The notes beneath the pieces were generated by a model. That model made no database searches. It worked only from the letters and a program-made list of their open reading frames with translations, and was not told the DNA's origin. A program made the position numbers and the translations under genes. From NCBI GenBank assembly GCA_035418665.1, contig DAOLRO010000001.1:6089-70088 (forward strand): DNA of 64,000 nt, in the 5' to 3' direction. Below, one piece after another: positions 21,062 to 31,929 of this stretch (position 1 is its first letter; each line of letters opens with the position of its first letter). Origin of the DNA: Phycicoccus sp. Lineage in GTDB: Bacteria > Actinomycetota > Actinomycetes > Actinomycetales > Dermatophilaceae.

Positions 21062-22870
21062 TCACTGAGCGACGCCGAGGACCGCCAGATCGGGCGTTCC
21101 CCCACTGTGCGGTGCGGCGGCGAGGTTGCGGACTCCGCTTCCTGCCAAATGCACGGCCACCCCCTCGCTGAGGGCGATGTAAGCCGCATCGTCCACGAGC
21201 GCCTGATCGGCACCGGCCCAGGCCTTCTCACGTGCGGCACGGTCGGCGATGATCCCGATCGTGCTCAGCGAGGCGTTCCAGTCCGGGTTGCTCCACCCAC
21301 CGACATCCCTCCCGCGGTCGGTGTCCCTGAGGTTGAGCGAGGAGTCGAAGAGAGCCGGAAGCACGGTCGAGGCCGATCCCCACGATGGTGCCCAGGTCGA
21401 CCACATCACGTCGTAGGACTCGGCCGCAGCCGACGCCGAGATGGTGGCGAAGTAGTCGTCAGTGATCGGCACGAGGATCGGGGCAAAGCCGGCCTCCGTC
21501 CACGTTGCGACCAGGGCGGCCATGGCCTTGTCCTGCAGCGGTCCGGGACGGTAGGCGACTCGGAGGGGCACCGGCGCACTCATCCCGGCTCCCATGAGGG
21601 CGGCACGTGCCGCGCTCGGGTCCGCAGCGGCCACGGGCGCGGGCGCCGACTGGCGCGCGATGAGCGTGCTGGGGATCACGGACGACACGGGACGGGCCGT
21701 GTCGGGGCCGCCGAGCGACACGGCATACCCGATGCGGTTCGTGGCCTGCGCGAGCGCCTGCCGGATCTCCCGCGTCGCCAGGGTCGGTGAGGTGACGTTG
21801 AGTGCGAGGTAGTCGACGAGTTCGGTCTCGGTGGCGAGCGAGCGCCCCGCCAGACCGGGGATCGCCGAGATCTGTTGGCGAAGGGCCGCCGGCGCCGGAG
21901 CCAGGGCCACCGCGTTGACGGCGTCGGCAGCATCGCGAACGACCCGGTTGGTCAGTTCGGGAGTCGTCATCCCGGTCTCGATGATGACCTTGTCCGGATA
22001 GGCACGACGCATCGGGTCCGAGGCCGTCGACCAGTTCGGGTTGCGCACGAAGGTGCCACCGGTCCGGGGGTCCCAGTCCCCCTGGAGCACATAAGGGCCG
22101 TTGGAGGCCAGAATCATCGACTCGTCGATCGACCCAGCAGCCGTCTCCTCGGGAGGTGCTGTGTCGAGACTGGCCTGGACGGGGGCGAAGGCGGCCTGGG
22201 TCACCATCTCGTCGAAATCAGCCACGGGAAGGGCCAAGGTGAAGGTGATCCGACGTTGGTCGCAGGCCACGGCCGACTCGAAGGCCGTCCGACCCGCTTC
22301 GTCGTCCGGCCCGGTGGCCCAAGGACCTGCGTAGGTGGACGAGCCGTCCGGCTTCTTCGGGATGGCGAGGACGGCGAGCGCGTCGAGAGCTCCACCCCTG
22401 ACGGTGCTGGTGGCAAAGGTGCGCGCCACCCCATGACGGACATCAGCACAGGTGATCGTGCTGCCGTCCTGCCAGCGCGCGTCATCGCGCAGGGTGAAGG
22501 TCCAGGACTTGAGGTCCGAGCTGGCCGTGCCCGTGTCGGTCGCGAGATCACCGACCAGCCGATCGCCGGCCTGCCCTTGATCGCGTGGCGCGTAGGCCGT
22601 CAACGTCCGGTGGAGCATTCGCCCCGACAGGCTGGCAGCGGTCGGGTCGGCGATCCGCTGGGGATCCCACGTCTCGATCGGGTCCGTGGCAAGCAGGGTG
22701 AGGATGCCGCCCGGCGCCGTCGTGGTCGGCAGCGGCACGACGTCCGAGGCGTCGTCACCGAGGGAGCAGCCGCCCGCGAGACCGACGGCCGCAGCGGCCA
22801 CCAGCCCCACGGCATACGTGCGGCGGGCCCGGCTCCGCACCGAGGCGGGCCGGGACCCCGACCGGACCAT
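21062..22870 (-). CDS. ABC substrate-binding lipoprotein, family 5 (orphan)
   Basis: LAGGC lipobox, WDPQR, LVGDLATDTG, WTFTLRDDARWQDG, NGPY; TGATG overlap with typA. Confidence 0.85.
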   Translation of the reverse strand: MVRSGSRPASVRSRARRTYAVGLVAAAAVGLAGGCSLGDDASDVVPLPTTTAPGGILTLLATDPIETWDPQRIADPTAASLSGRMLHRTLTAYAPRDQGQAGDRLVGDLATDTGTASSDLKSWTFTLRDDARWQDGSTITCADVRHGVARTFATSTVRGGALDALAVLAIPKKPDGSSTYAGPWATGPDDEAGRTAFESAVACDQRRITFTLALPVADFDEMVTQAAFAPVQASLDTAPPEETAAGSIDESMILASNGPYVLQGDWDPRTGGTFVRNPNWSTASDPMRRAYPDKVIIETGMTTPELTNRVVRDAADAVNAVALAPAPAALRQQISAIPGLAGRSLATETELVDYLALNVTSPTLATREIRQALAQATNRIGYAVSLGGPDTARPVSSVIPSTLIARQSAPAPVAAADPSAARAALMGAGMSAPVPLRVAYRPGPLQDKAMAALVATWTEAGFAPILVPITDDYFATISASAAAESYDVMWSTWAPSWGSASTVLPALFDSSLNLRDTDRGRDVGGWSNPDWNASLSTIGIIADRAAREKAWAGADQALVDDAAYIALSEGVAVHLAGSGVRNLAAAPHSGGTPDLAVLGVAQ

Positions 22871-24774
22871 CAGCTCTTGCGAGCCCGCGATGCCGTGCGG
22901 CCGCGGACCACCTGGTCGAGTTCCACCTTGCGGATGCGGATCGCCTCGGGTGTGACCTCGCAGCACTCGTCCTCGCGGCAGAACTCCAGGGACTGCTCGA
23001 GGCTGAGCTTGCGCGGCGGGACGACCTTCTCGAAGTTGTCCGCCGAGGAGGCGCGCACGTTGGTGAGCTTCTTCTCCTTGGTGATGTTGACGTCCATGTC
23101 GTCGGCTCGGGAGTTCTCGCCGACGATCATGCCCTCGTAGACCTCGGTGCCCGGCTCGACGAAGAGGATGCCGCGCTCCTGCAGGTTGACCATTGCGTAT
23201 GCCGTGACCGGCCCCGTGCGGTCGGCGACCAGCGACCCGCTGATGCGGGTCGTGATCGGCCCGAACCACGGCTCGTACTTCTCGAAGACGTGGTTGGCGA
23301 TTCCGGTGCCGCGGGTCTCGGTGAGGAACTGGGTGCGGAAACCGATGAGGCCACGGGAGGGCACGAGGAACTCCATGCGGATCCAGCCGGTGCCGTGGTT
23401 GCTCATCTGCTCCATGCGGCCCTTACGGGCGGCCATGATCTGGGTGATCGTGCCGAGGAACTCCTCGGGGGTGTCGATCGTGAGGCGCTCGACCGGCTCG
23501 TGGACCTTGCCGTCGATCTCGCGGGTGACCACCTGGGGCTTGCCGACGGTCAGCTCATAACCCTCGCGGCGCATCTGCTCGACGAGGATGGCCAGCGCCA
23601 GTTCGCCACGCCCCTGGACCTCCCAGGCGTCGGGGCGCTCCGTGGGGAGGATCCGCATCGAGACATTGCCGATGAGCTCGCGGTCGAGGCGGTCCTTGAC
23701 GAGGCGCGCGGTGACCTTGGCGCCGCGCACGCGACCGGCCATCGGGCTGGTGTTGGTGCCGATCGTCATGGAGATGGCGGGCTCGTCGACCGTGATGAGC
23801 GGCAGCGGGATGGGGTTGTCCGCGTCGGCGAGGGTTTCGCCGATGGTGATGTCGGGGATGCCGGCGACGGCGATGATGTCGCCGGGGCCTGCCGACTGGC
23901 CGGCCTCGAGGGGCTGGCGCTCCAGGGCGTTGGTCATGAGAAGTTCGGTGATCTTCACCTTGGTGATCGAGCCGTCATGACGGCACCACGCGACCTGCTG
24001 GCCCTTGGCGATGCGGCCGTTGTGGACGCGCAGCAGGGCGAGTCGGCCCAGGAAGTTGCTCGCGTCGAGGTTGGTGACGTGCGCCTGGAGCGGGGCATCC
24101 TCCTCGTAGGTGGGGGCCGGGATGTGCTCGATGATCGTCGCGAAGAGCGCTTCGAGGTCCGCGCCGTCGGGGAGACCACCGTTGTCAGGGCGGGTGTGCG
24201 AGGCCCGACCGGCCTTGGCGCTGGCATAGACGGTGGGCAGGTCGAGGTAGTGCTCCTTGCCCTCGGAGTCCTCGATGAGGTCCATGAGCAACTCCATGAC
24301 CTCGTCCTCGACCTCCTCGATGCGGGCATCGGGTCGGTCGACCTTGTTGATGCAGAGCACGACCGGCAGGTGGGCCGCGAGCGCCTTGCGCAGCACGAAG
24401 CGGGTCTGCGGCAGCGGGCCCTCCGAGGCGTCGACGAGGAGGACGACGCCGTCGACCATGGACAGGCCACGCTCGACCTCGCCACCGAAGTCGGCGTGGC
24501 CGGGGGTGTCGATGATGTTGATCGTCAGGCCGTCGGTGAGCCCGGCAGCGGCCGCCGCCGGCCCGGCATACCGGACCGCAGTGTTCTTGGCGAGGATCGT
24601 GATCCCCTTCTCACGCTCGAGGTCCCCCGAGTCCATCGCGCGCTCGTCGACGTGGTCGTGCTCACCGAAGGCTCCGGACTGCCAGAGCATCTTGTCGACG
24701 AGGGTGGTCTTGCCATGGTCGACGTGCGCGACGATGGCGACATTGCGGATGTCGTTCCGCGAGATTGTGGGCAT
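22870..24774 (-). CDS. typA: Translational GTPase TypA/BipA
   Basis: AHVDHGKTTLVD, ERGITILAKN-like, DTPGHADFGGEVER, GRGELAL. Confidence 0.97.
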   Translation of the reverse strand: MPTISRNDIRNVAIVAHVDHGKTTLVDKMLWQSGAFGEHDHVDERAMDSGDLEREKGITILAKNTAVRYAGPAAAAAGLTDGLTINIIDTPGHADFGGEVERGLSMVDGVVLLVDASEGPLPQTRFVLRKALAAHLPVVLCINKVDRPDARIEEVEDEVMELLMDLIEDSEGKEHYLDLPTVYASAKAGRASHTRPDNGGLPDGADLEALFATIIEHIPAPTYEEDAPLQAHVTNLDASNFLGRLALLRVHNGRIAKGQQVAWCRHDGSITKVKITELLMTNALERQPLEAGQSAGPGDIIAVAGIPDITIGETLADADNPIPLPLITVDEPAISMTIGTNTSPMAGRVRGAKVTARLVKDRLDRELIGNVSMRILPTERPDAWEVQGRGELALAILVEQMRREGYELTVGKPQVVTREIDGKVHEPVERLTIDTPEEFLGTITQIMAARKGRMEQMSNHGTGWIRMEFLVPSRGLIGFRTQFLTETRGTGIANHVFEKYEPWFGPITTRISGSLVADRTGPVTAYAMVNLQERGILFVEPGTEVYEGMIVGENSRADDMDVNITKEKKLTNVRASSADNFEKVVPPRKLSLEQSLEFCREDECCEVTPEAIRIRKVELDQVVRGRTASRARKS

Positions 24775-25117
24775 TGGTCGATTCTCTCAGGCCGAAGGCC
24801 GTGCACGAAAACGAGTGTTCAGGGTCGCCTTGCCTGTCGATGAGATCCCGGGCACCCACAGCCGGCGTATGCCGGGTGGGCACCGCCCACGGACCGGTCC
24901 CGACCACCTTCGGTGAGCTCCCGGCATACCCCCGGAGGTCTCACTCCGATAAACACTTTCGTCGAGTGCTTGAGCGACGGGAAATCCTCGCTAGGTTTGG
25001 CCGCGTGTGCGCGGAGACACACGGCCCTTGGCACCTCTGCGCGCTCGACCCACCGCACCGACAGCACGGCCCCGGACCCAGAAGGACTCCGGTTCGCACA
25101 CCCAAGCGAGGTTATTG

Positions 25118-26797
25118 ATGACGTTCAAGCGCAAGGTGGCCCCCGTGGTCGCCCTGACGACTGTGGCGCTCGCGCTCACCGCCTGCGCCTCCTCGAGCCG
25201 CGACACCGGCTCGACCGACAGCAGCAGCGGAGCATCCAGCGAGGGCGCCGGCACCTTCACCTTCGGCGCTGCCGGAGCCCCGAAGTTGTTCGACCCGTTC
25301 TACGCCACTGACGGCGAGACCTTCCGGGTCAGCCGCCAGATCTTCGACACCCTGGTCGACATCAAGGCGGGCGCCGCGACCCTCGAGCCGGGTCTGGCCG
25401 AGAAGTGGGAGCCCAGCGCGGACGGTCTGGACTGGACCTTCACCCTCGCCAAGGGCATCAAGTTCTCCGATGGCACGCCGTTCAACGCCGAGGCCGTCTG
25501 CAAGAACTTCGAGCGCATGTTCGACCAGAACGAAGCCGGCGCCACGGCGGCCGAGTACTGGGGCGACAACATGGGCTCCTTCAAGGACAAGCCCGAGGAC
25601 TCCCTCTACAAGGGCTGCGACGCAAAGGACGAGTCGACCGCGATCATCCACATCACGCGGGCGACCTCGAAGTTCCCGGCGATGCTCTCGCTCACCTCCT
25701 TCTCCATGCAGTCGCCGACCGCGATGGACGCGGGCAAGGCCAACGACGTCCAGAAGGCCGGCGAGGGCTTCACCTACCCGGCCTACTCCAAGGCTCCGGT
25801 CGGCACCGGCCCGTTCAAGCTCGAGAAGTACGACGAGGCCAACAAGACCGTGACCTTGGTCCGCAACGAGGACTACCACGGTGAAAAGGCCAAGTCCGCC
25901 AAGCTCGTCTTCAAGATCATCCCCGACGAGGCGACCCGTCGACAGGAACTCCAGGCCGGCAGCATCGACGGTTACGACCTGCCCAACCCGGTCGACTGGA
26001 AGGGTCTCAAGGACGCTGGCTTCAAGGTCGAGGTCCGTCCCGCCTTCAACATCTTCTACCTCGGCCTGCAGCCGAAGAACAACGAGAAGTTGAAGGACCT
26101 CAAGGTCCGCCAGGCGATCTACCACGCGATCAACCGCGAGCAGCTCGTGAAGACCCAGCTGCCCGAGGGTGCGACCGTGGCCACGCAGTTCATGCCTGAG
26201 GCCGTCAAGGGCTACAACAAGGACCTCAAGCCCTACACCTACGACCTCGAGAAGGCCAAGAGCCTCCTCAAGGAGGCCGGCGCCGAGGGCATGACCCTCA
26301 ACTTCGCCTTCCCGTCCGAGGTCTCGCGCCCGTACATGCCGAACCCGCAGAAGCTGTACGACGCCATGAAGACCGACCTCGAGGCGGCCGGCATCAAGGT
26401 CGAGACCACCACCAAGCCCTGGAACGGTGGCTACCTCGACGACGTGTCGGCGTTCAAGTACGACGCCTTCCTCCTCGGCTGGACCGGTGACTACGACTCG
26501 GCCGACAACTTCATCGGCACCTTCTTCGGCAACCTGAAGACCAACCGGTTCGGCACCTCGGACCAGGCCTTCGGCGCCGACCTGGCCGCTGAGCTCAAGA
26601 AGGCCGATGGCATCGTCGACGAGGCCGAGCGCACCAAGGCCTACGAGACGCTCAACCAGAAGATCATGGAGGAGTGGCTGCCTGGCCTGGCCATCAGCCA
26701 CTCGCCGCCGGCCCTCGTGGTCAGCGACAAGGTCGAGGGTCTCGTGGTCAGCCCGCTGACCGCCGAGAAGTTCGCCTCGGTGTCCGTCAAGAAGTGA
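25118..26797 (+). CDS. Peptide ABC transporter substrate-binding lipoprotein
   Basis: LALTAC lipobox, PGLAEKW, FSDGTPFNAEAV, PVGTGPFK. Confidence 0.93.
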   Translation: MTFKRKVAPVVALTTVALALTACASSSRDTGSTDSSSGASSEGAGTFTFGAAGAPKLFDPFYATDGETFRVSRQIFDTLVDIKAGAATLEPGLAEKWEPSADGLDWTFTLAKGIKFSDGTPFNAEAVCKNFERMFDQNEAGATAAEYWGDNMGSFKDKPEDSLYKGCDAKDESTAIIHITRATSKFPAMLSLTSFSMQSPTAMDAGKANDVQKAGEGFTYPAYSKAPVGTGPFKLEKYDEANKTVTLVRNEDYHGEKAKSAKLVFKIIPDEATRRQELQAGSIDGYDLPNPVDWKGLKDAGFKVEVRPAFNIFYLGLQPKNNEKLKDLKVRQAIYHAINREQLVKTQLPEGATVATQFMPEAVKGYNKDLKPYTYDLEKAKSLLKEAGAEGMTLNFAFPSEVSRPYMPNPQKLYDAMKTDLEAAGIKVETTTKPWNGGYLDDVSAFKYDAFLLGWTGDYDSADNFIGTFFGNLKTNRFGTSDQAFGADLAAELKKADGIVDEAERTKAYETLNQKIMEEWLPGLAISHSPPALVVSDKVEGLVVSPLTAEKFASVSVKK

Positions 26798-26843
26798 TCT
26801 GAAACGGGGTCGAAACCACTAGGGTTCGAACCCAACAGACCGT

Positions 26844-26879
26844 GATGGCCGCCCCGGTCACTAGGCCGGGGCGGCCATC
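26844..26879 (+). terminator. Intercistronic hairpin after the SBP gene
   Basis: GATGGCCGCCCCGG / CCGGGGCGGCCATC arms. Confidence 0.7.
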
Positions 26880-26918
26880 GCCGTCCGAGGTGGGCATCGA
26901 CGTGGGAAGGACACGGGC

Positions 26919-27926
26919 GTGCTGAGGTACATCGTTCGACGAATGTTCCAGATGGTGGGGGTGATGTTGGCCCTCTCCCTGCTGCTCTTCCTCTGGCTCC
27001 GCTCCCTCCCCGGCGGCACGGTCTCCGCGATGCTCGGCGAGCGCGCCACCCCCGAGTCCCGGGCCCGCCTGACCAAGGCGCTGGGGCTTGATGAGCCCCT
27101 CTACGTCCAGTACGTCAGGTTCATGGGGCGGGCCTTCAAGGGGGAGTTCGGCACCTCGACCGCCGTCCTCCCCGGCGCGGATGCCTTCGACATCTTCCTC
27201 AAGCGTTTCCCCGCGACGCTCGAGTTGAGCTTCTTCGCCATCCTGCTCGCCGTGCTGCTGGCGATCCCGCTCGGTTACGTGGCGGCTCGTCGCCGCGGCA
27301 GCGCCGTCGACAACGCCGGCATCGTCACCAGCCTCGTGGGCGTGGCGGTCCCCGTCTTCTTCCTCGCCTTCCTGCTCAAGTACCTGTTCGCGATCAAGTG
27401 GGGGATCCTGCCGGCCTCAGGTCGTCAGGACAGCCTCAACTGCACCCGCGTCACCAACTTCTTCATCCTCGACGGCCTGCTCACGCGCGAGTACGACTGC
27501 ACGTGGAGTGCCCTGAAGCACCTGATCCTGCCCTCGCTGGCGCTGTCATCGATCCCCTTCGCGGTCATCTTCCGGATCACCCGCGCGAGCGTCCTCGATG
27601 TCCTCAATGAGGACTATGTCCGGACGGCCGAGGCCAAGGGCCTGGCGAACAAGACCATCAGGGGTCGCCACGTCCTGCGCAACGCCCTTCTGCCGGTCGT
27701 GACCACGGTCGGCCTCCAGGTCGGGGCGCTCCTCGCTGGCGCGGTCCTCACCGAGCGCGTCTTCAACTATGGCGGCATCGGCGACACCCTCGCCGTCTCC
27801 TTCTTCAGCCGCGACTACTCGGTGCTGCAGGTCCTGATCCTCGCGGCCGCGGGTGTCTTCGTCATCGTCAATCTGCTGGTCGACATCTCCTATGCCGTCA
27901 TCGACCCACGCGTCCGGACTAGGTGA
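26919..27926 (+). CDS. Peptide ABC permease (DppB-like)
   Basis: RFPATLEL, EDYVRTAEAKGL, HVLRNA. Confidence 0.93.
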   Translation: MLRYIVRRMFQMVGVMLALSLLLFLWLRSLPGGTVSAMLGERATPESRARLTKALGLDEPLYVQYVRFMGRAFKGEFGTSTAVLPGADAFDIFLKRFPATLELSFFAILLAVLLAIPLGYVAARRRGSAVDNAGIVTSLVGVAVPVFFLAFLLKYLFAIKWGILPASGRQDSLNCTRVTNFFILDGLLTREYDCTWSALKHLILPSLALSSIPFAVIFRITRASVLDVLNEDYVRTAEAKGLANKTIRGRHVLRNALLPVVTTVGLQVGALLAGAVLTERVFNYGGIGDTLAVSFFSRDYSVLQVLILAAAGVFVIVNLLVDISYAVIDPRVRTR

Positions 27927-27933
27927 GGCTGCG

Positions 27934-28977
27934 ATGACCAATCCCCTGAAGAAGTACGGCGACGCCCGCAAGGAGCGCATCGACGACCTGGCCAAGCTGG
28001 CCAAGCCCCGCCAGACCGCCGCGGTGGGCTCCAGCGTGAGCGCTGGTGGCACTGGAGGGCCGGGTTCGGTCGGCGTCGACGACGCCGGCACGGTGCACGA
28101 GGCACCGGGTGTCTCCCTCATCGCGAGCGCGTGGCGGCGGCTCCGCCGCAACCCGGTCTTCCTCACCGGTGCCTTCATCACGGTCAGTTTCATCCTGCTG
28201 GCGATCTTCGCGCGCGTCATCGCACCGCACGACCCCGCGATCGGCTACCTCATCGACAAGGTCCGGCCCCAGTCCAACCCGGTTCCCGGGCCGGAGGAGG
28301 GCTTCCCACTCGGCGCCGACAACGTCGGGCGCGACCTGCTGTCCCGTCTCATCGTCGGCTCGCAACAGACCCTCATCGTCGGCGTCTTCGCCACTGTGTT
28401 CGGCCTCATCGGGGGACTCATCCTGGGGACCCTGGCCGGCGCCTTCTCGGGCTGGATCGACTCCACGGTCATGCGCGTCGTGGATGTCATGCTCTCGATC
28501 CCCTCCCTCCTGCTCGCCCTCTCGATCAGCGCCCTGGCGCCCAGCCCGAGCCAATGGACATTGATCATCGCCATCGCCGTGGTCCAGGTCCCCATCTTCG
28601 CCCGATTGCTCCGGGGCACCATGCTTCAGCAACGCTCCAGCGACCATGTCCTCGCGGCCAGGGCGCTCGGGATCAAGCGGAGCGCGATCATCTTCCGGCA
28701 CATGCTCCCCAACGCGCTTGGGCCGGTCATCGTGCAGGCCACCCTCGTGCTCGCCGTCTCGATCATCGATGCGGCGGGCTTGTCCTTCCTCGGTCTCGGC
28801 AACCCCGACGACCGTGCTCCGGAATGGGGCCAGATGTTGGGCCAGTCCCAGCAGTTCATCTATGACGACCCGCAACTGGCGTTCTATCCCGCGGCGTGCA
28901 TCATCGTCGTGGCGCTCGGCTTCACCCTCATGGGCGAGTCCCTGCGGGAAGCCCTCGACCCCAAGAGCCGGAGGTGA
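27934..28977 (+). CDS. Peptide ABC permease (DppC-like)
   Basis: PLGADNVGRDLLSRL, HMLPN, LSFLGLG, PEWG. Confidence 0.93.
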   Translation: MTNPLKKYGDARKERIDDLAKLAKPRQTAAVGSSVSAGGTGGPGSVGVDDAGTVHEAPGVSLIASAWRRLRRNPVFLTGAFITVSFILLAIFARVIAPHDPAIGYLIDKVRPQSNPVPGPEEGFPLGADNVGRDLLSRLIVGSQQTLIVGVFATVFGLIGGLILGTLAGAFSGWIDSTVMRVVDVMLSIPSLLLALSISALAPSPSQWTLIIAIAVVQVPIFARLLRGTMLQQRSSDHVLAARALGIKRSAIIFRHMLPNALGPVIVQATLVLAVSIIDAAGLSFLGLGNPDDRAPEWGQMLGQSQQFIYDDPQLAFYPAACIIVVALGFTLMGESLREALDPKSRR

Positions 28978-29993
28978 CCTCGGTGACGCGGTCCACGGAT
29001 GCTCCCCTGCTGAGCGTCGAGAACCTCTCCGTGACCTTCCAACGTCAAGGCGAGGAACCCTTCCGCGCGGTCGACGGCGTGAGTTTCGCGGTCCGCCCCG
29101 GCGAGACCGTCGGTCTCGTCGGTGAGTCCGGGTGCGGTAAGTCGGTGACCTCACTCGCGATCATGGGCTTGCTGCCCAAGCGCGGCAACAAGGTGACCGG
29201 TCGGGTGGGCTACGAGGGCACTGACCTGCTCTCGCTCTCCGACGATGCCATGCGGGACCGCCGTGGCAAGGACATCGCCATGGTCTTCCAGGACCCGCTG
29301 TCCTCGCTCAACCCCGTCATCCCGGTGGGGGTGCAGGTCACCGAGGTCCTCGAGCGCCACCGCGGCATGTCGCGCAAGGCCGCCATGCCGATGGCCGTCG
29401 ACCTGCTCAAGCGGGTGGGCATTCCCGACCCCAACCGCCGCGTCAAGGACTACCCCCACCAGATGTCGGGAGGCATGCGTCAGCGCGCGCTCATCGCCAT
29501 CGCGCTGGCATGTGCCCCTCGCCTGCTCATCGCGGACGAACCCACCACTGCCCTGGACGTCACCATCCAGGCCCAAATCCTCGCCCTGCTCAAGGAATTG
29601 GTCCAGGACACGGGCACCGCGCTGATCATGATCACCCACGATCTCGGTGTCGTGGCCGGGCTCTGCGACGAGGTCAACGTGCTCTATGGCGGCAAGATCG
29701 TCGAGCGTGGTGACCGGCACGAGCTCTTTGCCGATCCCCGTCATCCCTACACCAACGGTCTGCTGAACTCGATTCCCCGCCTGGATGCGCCCGCCGGTGA
29801 GCGGCTCAACCCCATCCCGGGGTCGGTCGCGGACAACCTGCCCTGGGATCACGCCTGCGCTTTCGCCCCCAGGTGCTCGCAGCCGATCGAGGTGTGCACG
29901 GCGACGATGCCCGAGCTCGAGTCCGCTGGGTCGCGCGCGCTGCGTTGCCACAACCCGGTGCAGCGCACCGAGTGGAAGGAGGATGCCCGATGA
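28974..29993 (+). CDS. Peptide ABC ATPase (DppD-like)
   Basis: [32 protein letters not shown]. Confidence 0.94.
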   Translation: MTSVTRSTDAPLLSVENLSVTFQRQGEEPFRAVDGVSFAVRPGETVGLVGESGCGKSVTSLAIMGLLPKRGNKVTGRVGYEGTDLLSLSDDAMRDRRGKDIAMVFQDPLSSLNPVIPVGVQVTEVLERHRGMSRKAAMPMAVDLLKRVGIPDPNRRVKDYPHQMSGGMRQRALIAIALACAPRLLIADEPTTALDVTIQAQILALLKELVQDTGTALIMITHDLGVVAGLCDEVNVLYGGKIVERGDRHELFADPRHPYTNGLLNSIPRLDAPAGERLNPIPGSVADNLPWDHACAFAPRCSQPIEVCTATMPELESAGSRALRCHNPVQRTEWKEDAR

Positions 29994-31192
29994 GCTCGCA
30001 GGAACACGAGCCACGTGCCGAGGGCACGGACGCCACTCCCCCAGCACAGCCCGATCGCGGCTCGACCGACCCGAGCGCCGGCGACATCCTCGTCGACGTG
30101 CGAGGGGTCAAGGTGCACTTCCCGATCAAGAAGGGCGTCATCTTCGACCGCACCGTCGGCTATGTGTATGCCGTGGACGGGGTGGATCTGCAGATCCGCA
30201 AGGGCGAGACCTATGGCCTCGTCGGTGAGTCAGGGTGTGGCAAGTCCACTCTCGGCCGAGCGATCCTCAACCTCGAGCCACCGACCGATGGATCGGTCTT
30301 CTTCCAAGGTGTCGACATCGCCAGCCTCAAGGGCGAGGAGTTGCGGCGCAAGCGCCAGGACATCCAGATGGTCTTCCAGGACCCCCTGTCCAGTCTGGAC
30401 CCGCGCCAGTCCGTCGAGTCGCTTCTCGTCGAGGGCATGCAGGCGCACGGCCTGGCCAAGAACGCCAAGGACGCCCGCCCCCGGCTGCGCGAACTGCTCA
30501 AGGCCGTCGGCCTGCCACCCGTGGCGCTGTCGAAATATCCGCACGAGTTCTCTGGCGGGCAACGACAGCGCATCGGCATCGCCCGGGCCCTGTCCGTCGA
30601 GCCCGAACTCATCGTGGCCGACGAGCCGGTGAGCGCCCTCGACGTCTCCGTCCAGGCCCAGGTGATCAACCTGCTCGAGGACCTGCAGGAGGAGTTCGGG
30701 CTCACCTACCTCGTCATCGCGCACGATCTCGCCGTCGTCCGGCACATCAGCGACCGCATCGGGGTCATGTATCTCGGAGCCCTGGTCGAGGAGGCGACGG
30801 GCGCCGACCTCTACGCCGAGCCCCTCCACCCCTACACCCGCGCTCTGCTCTCGGCAGTCCCCGTGCCCGATCCCCTCATCGAGGACAAGCGCGAGCAGAT
30901 CCTCCTCACCGGCGACCTGCCCTCCCCGTCCAATCCCCCATCGGGGTGCCGCTTCCACACCCGGTGCCCGTGGCGCCAGGAGACTCGGTGTGACACAGAG
31001 CGGCCGGAGCTCAGGGTGCCGGACATCGCCGGCATCCCGAGCACGCACCGGGTGGCCTGCCACTGGGCCGAGCAGATCCACAGCGGCGAGATCTCCCCGC
31101 ACGAGGTCGAGGCCGTCGCGATCGCCCCGGAGGACTTCGAGTCCGGCGCTGGCGACCTCATGGGACCCGCTTCGCTGACCGAGGCCCTGTGA
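29990..31192 (+). CDS. Peptide ABC ATPase (DppF-like)
   Basis: [37 protein letters not shown]. Confidence 0.94.
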   Translation: MSSQEHEPRAEGTDATPPAQPDRGSTDPSAGDILVDVRGVKVHFPIKKGVIFDRTVGYVYAVDGVDLQIRKGETYGLVGESGCGKSTLGRAILNLEPPTDGSVFFQGVDIASLKGEELRRKRQDIQMVFQDPLSSLDPRQSVESLLVEGMQAHGLAKNAKDARPRLRELLKAVGLPPVALSKYPHEFSGGQRQRIGIARALSVEPELIVADEPVSALDVSVQAQVINLLEDLQEEFGLTYLVIAHDLAVVRHISDRIGVMYLGALVEEATGADLYAEPLHPYTRALLSAVPVPDPLIEDKREQILLTGDLPSPSNPPSGCRFHTRCPWRQETRCDTERPELRVPDIAGIPSTHRVACHWAEQIHSGEISPHEVEAVAIAPEDFESGAGDLMGPASLTEAL

Positions 31193-31929
31193 CCGCTGCC
31201 CCATCGGAGCAGGACGAGGACGAGCAGGGCGAGCACGACGAGCCGCACGGTTCACGCCTGACCGATCGTCTCAACTGGTTGCGTGCCGGAGTCCTCGGCG
31301 CCAATGACGGCATTGTCTCGACGGCCGCACTCGTCATCGGGGTCGCCGCCGCCACCGATGACCGCAGGGCCATCCTCACGGCCGGACTCGCAGGGCTGGC
31401 CGCCGGGGCCATGAGCATGGCGGCCGGCGAATACGTGTCCGTGAGCACCCAAAGGGACACTGAGAAGGCGCTCATCGCCAAGGAGAAGCGCGAGTTGCGG
31501 GAGGAGCCGGAGGCGGAGTTGGCAGAGCTCACCGAGATGTATGCCGAGAAGGGCCTTCCCCATGACCTGGCCCAGGACGTCGCCGTCGCCCTGACCAAAC
31601 ACGACGCCCTGGCGGCCCACGCCGAGGTCGAACTCGGGATCGAGCCGGGCAATTACACCAACCCTTGGCAGGCCGCTGTCGCCTCGTTCGTGTCCTTCAG
31701 CCTCGGTGCGTTGCTCCCCCTTCTTGCCATCATCAATCCGCACGAGGGGTGGCGCATCCCGTTGACGGTTCTGGCCGTGGTCCTGGCGCTCACGGCGACC
31801 GGCTGGTTGAGCGCACGACTGGGACATGCCCGTCCGACTCGAGCCATCCTGCGAAATGTCGGCGGTGGCCTCCTGGCCATGGCCGTGACCTACGGCATCG
31901 GTGCCCTCGTCGGCACCCAGATGGGGTGA
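31189..31929 (+). CDS. VIT1/CCC1 family Fe/Mn transporter
   Basis: [30 protein letters not shown]. Confidence 0.92.
   Translation: MTAAPSEQDEDEQGEHDEPHGSRLTDRLNWLRAGVLGANDGIVSTAALVIGVAAATDDRRAILTAGLAGLAAGAMSMAAGEYVSVSTQRDTEKALIAKEKRELREEPEAELAELTEMYAEKGLPHDLAQDVAVALTKHDALAAHAEVELGIEPGNYTNPWQAAVASFVSFSLGALLPLLAIINPHEGWRIPLTVLAVVLALTATGWLSARLGHARPTRAILRNVGGGLLAMAVTYGIGALVGTQMG

Noticed and set aside
18962-21790. Very long alternative ORFs (942 aa here; also 11015-12112, 12176-13897, 23290-24843, 25112-26701 and others)
   Set aside because: Antisense shadows of well-identified genes. High GC3 removes stop codons on the opposite strand, and there are no recognisable domains.
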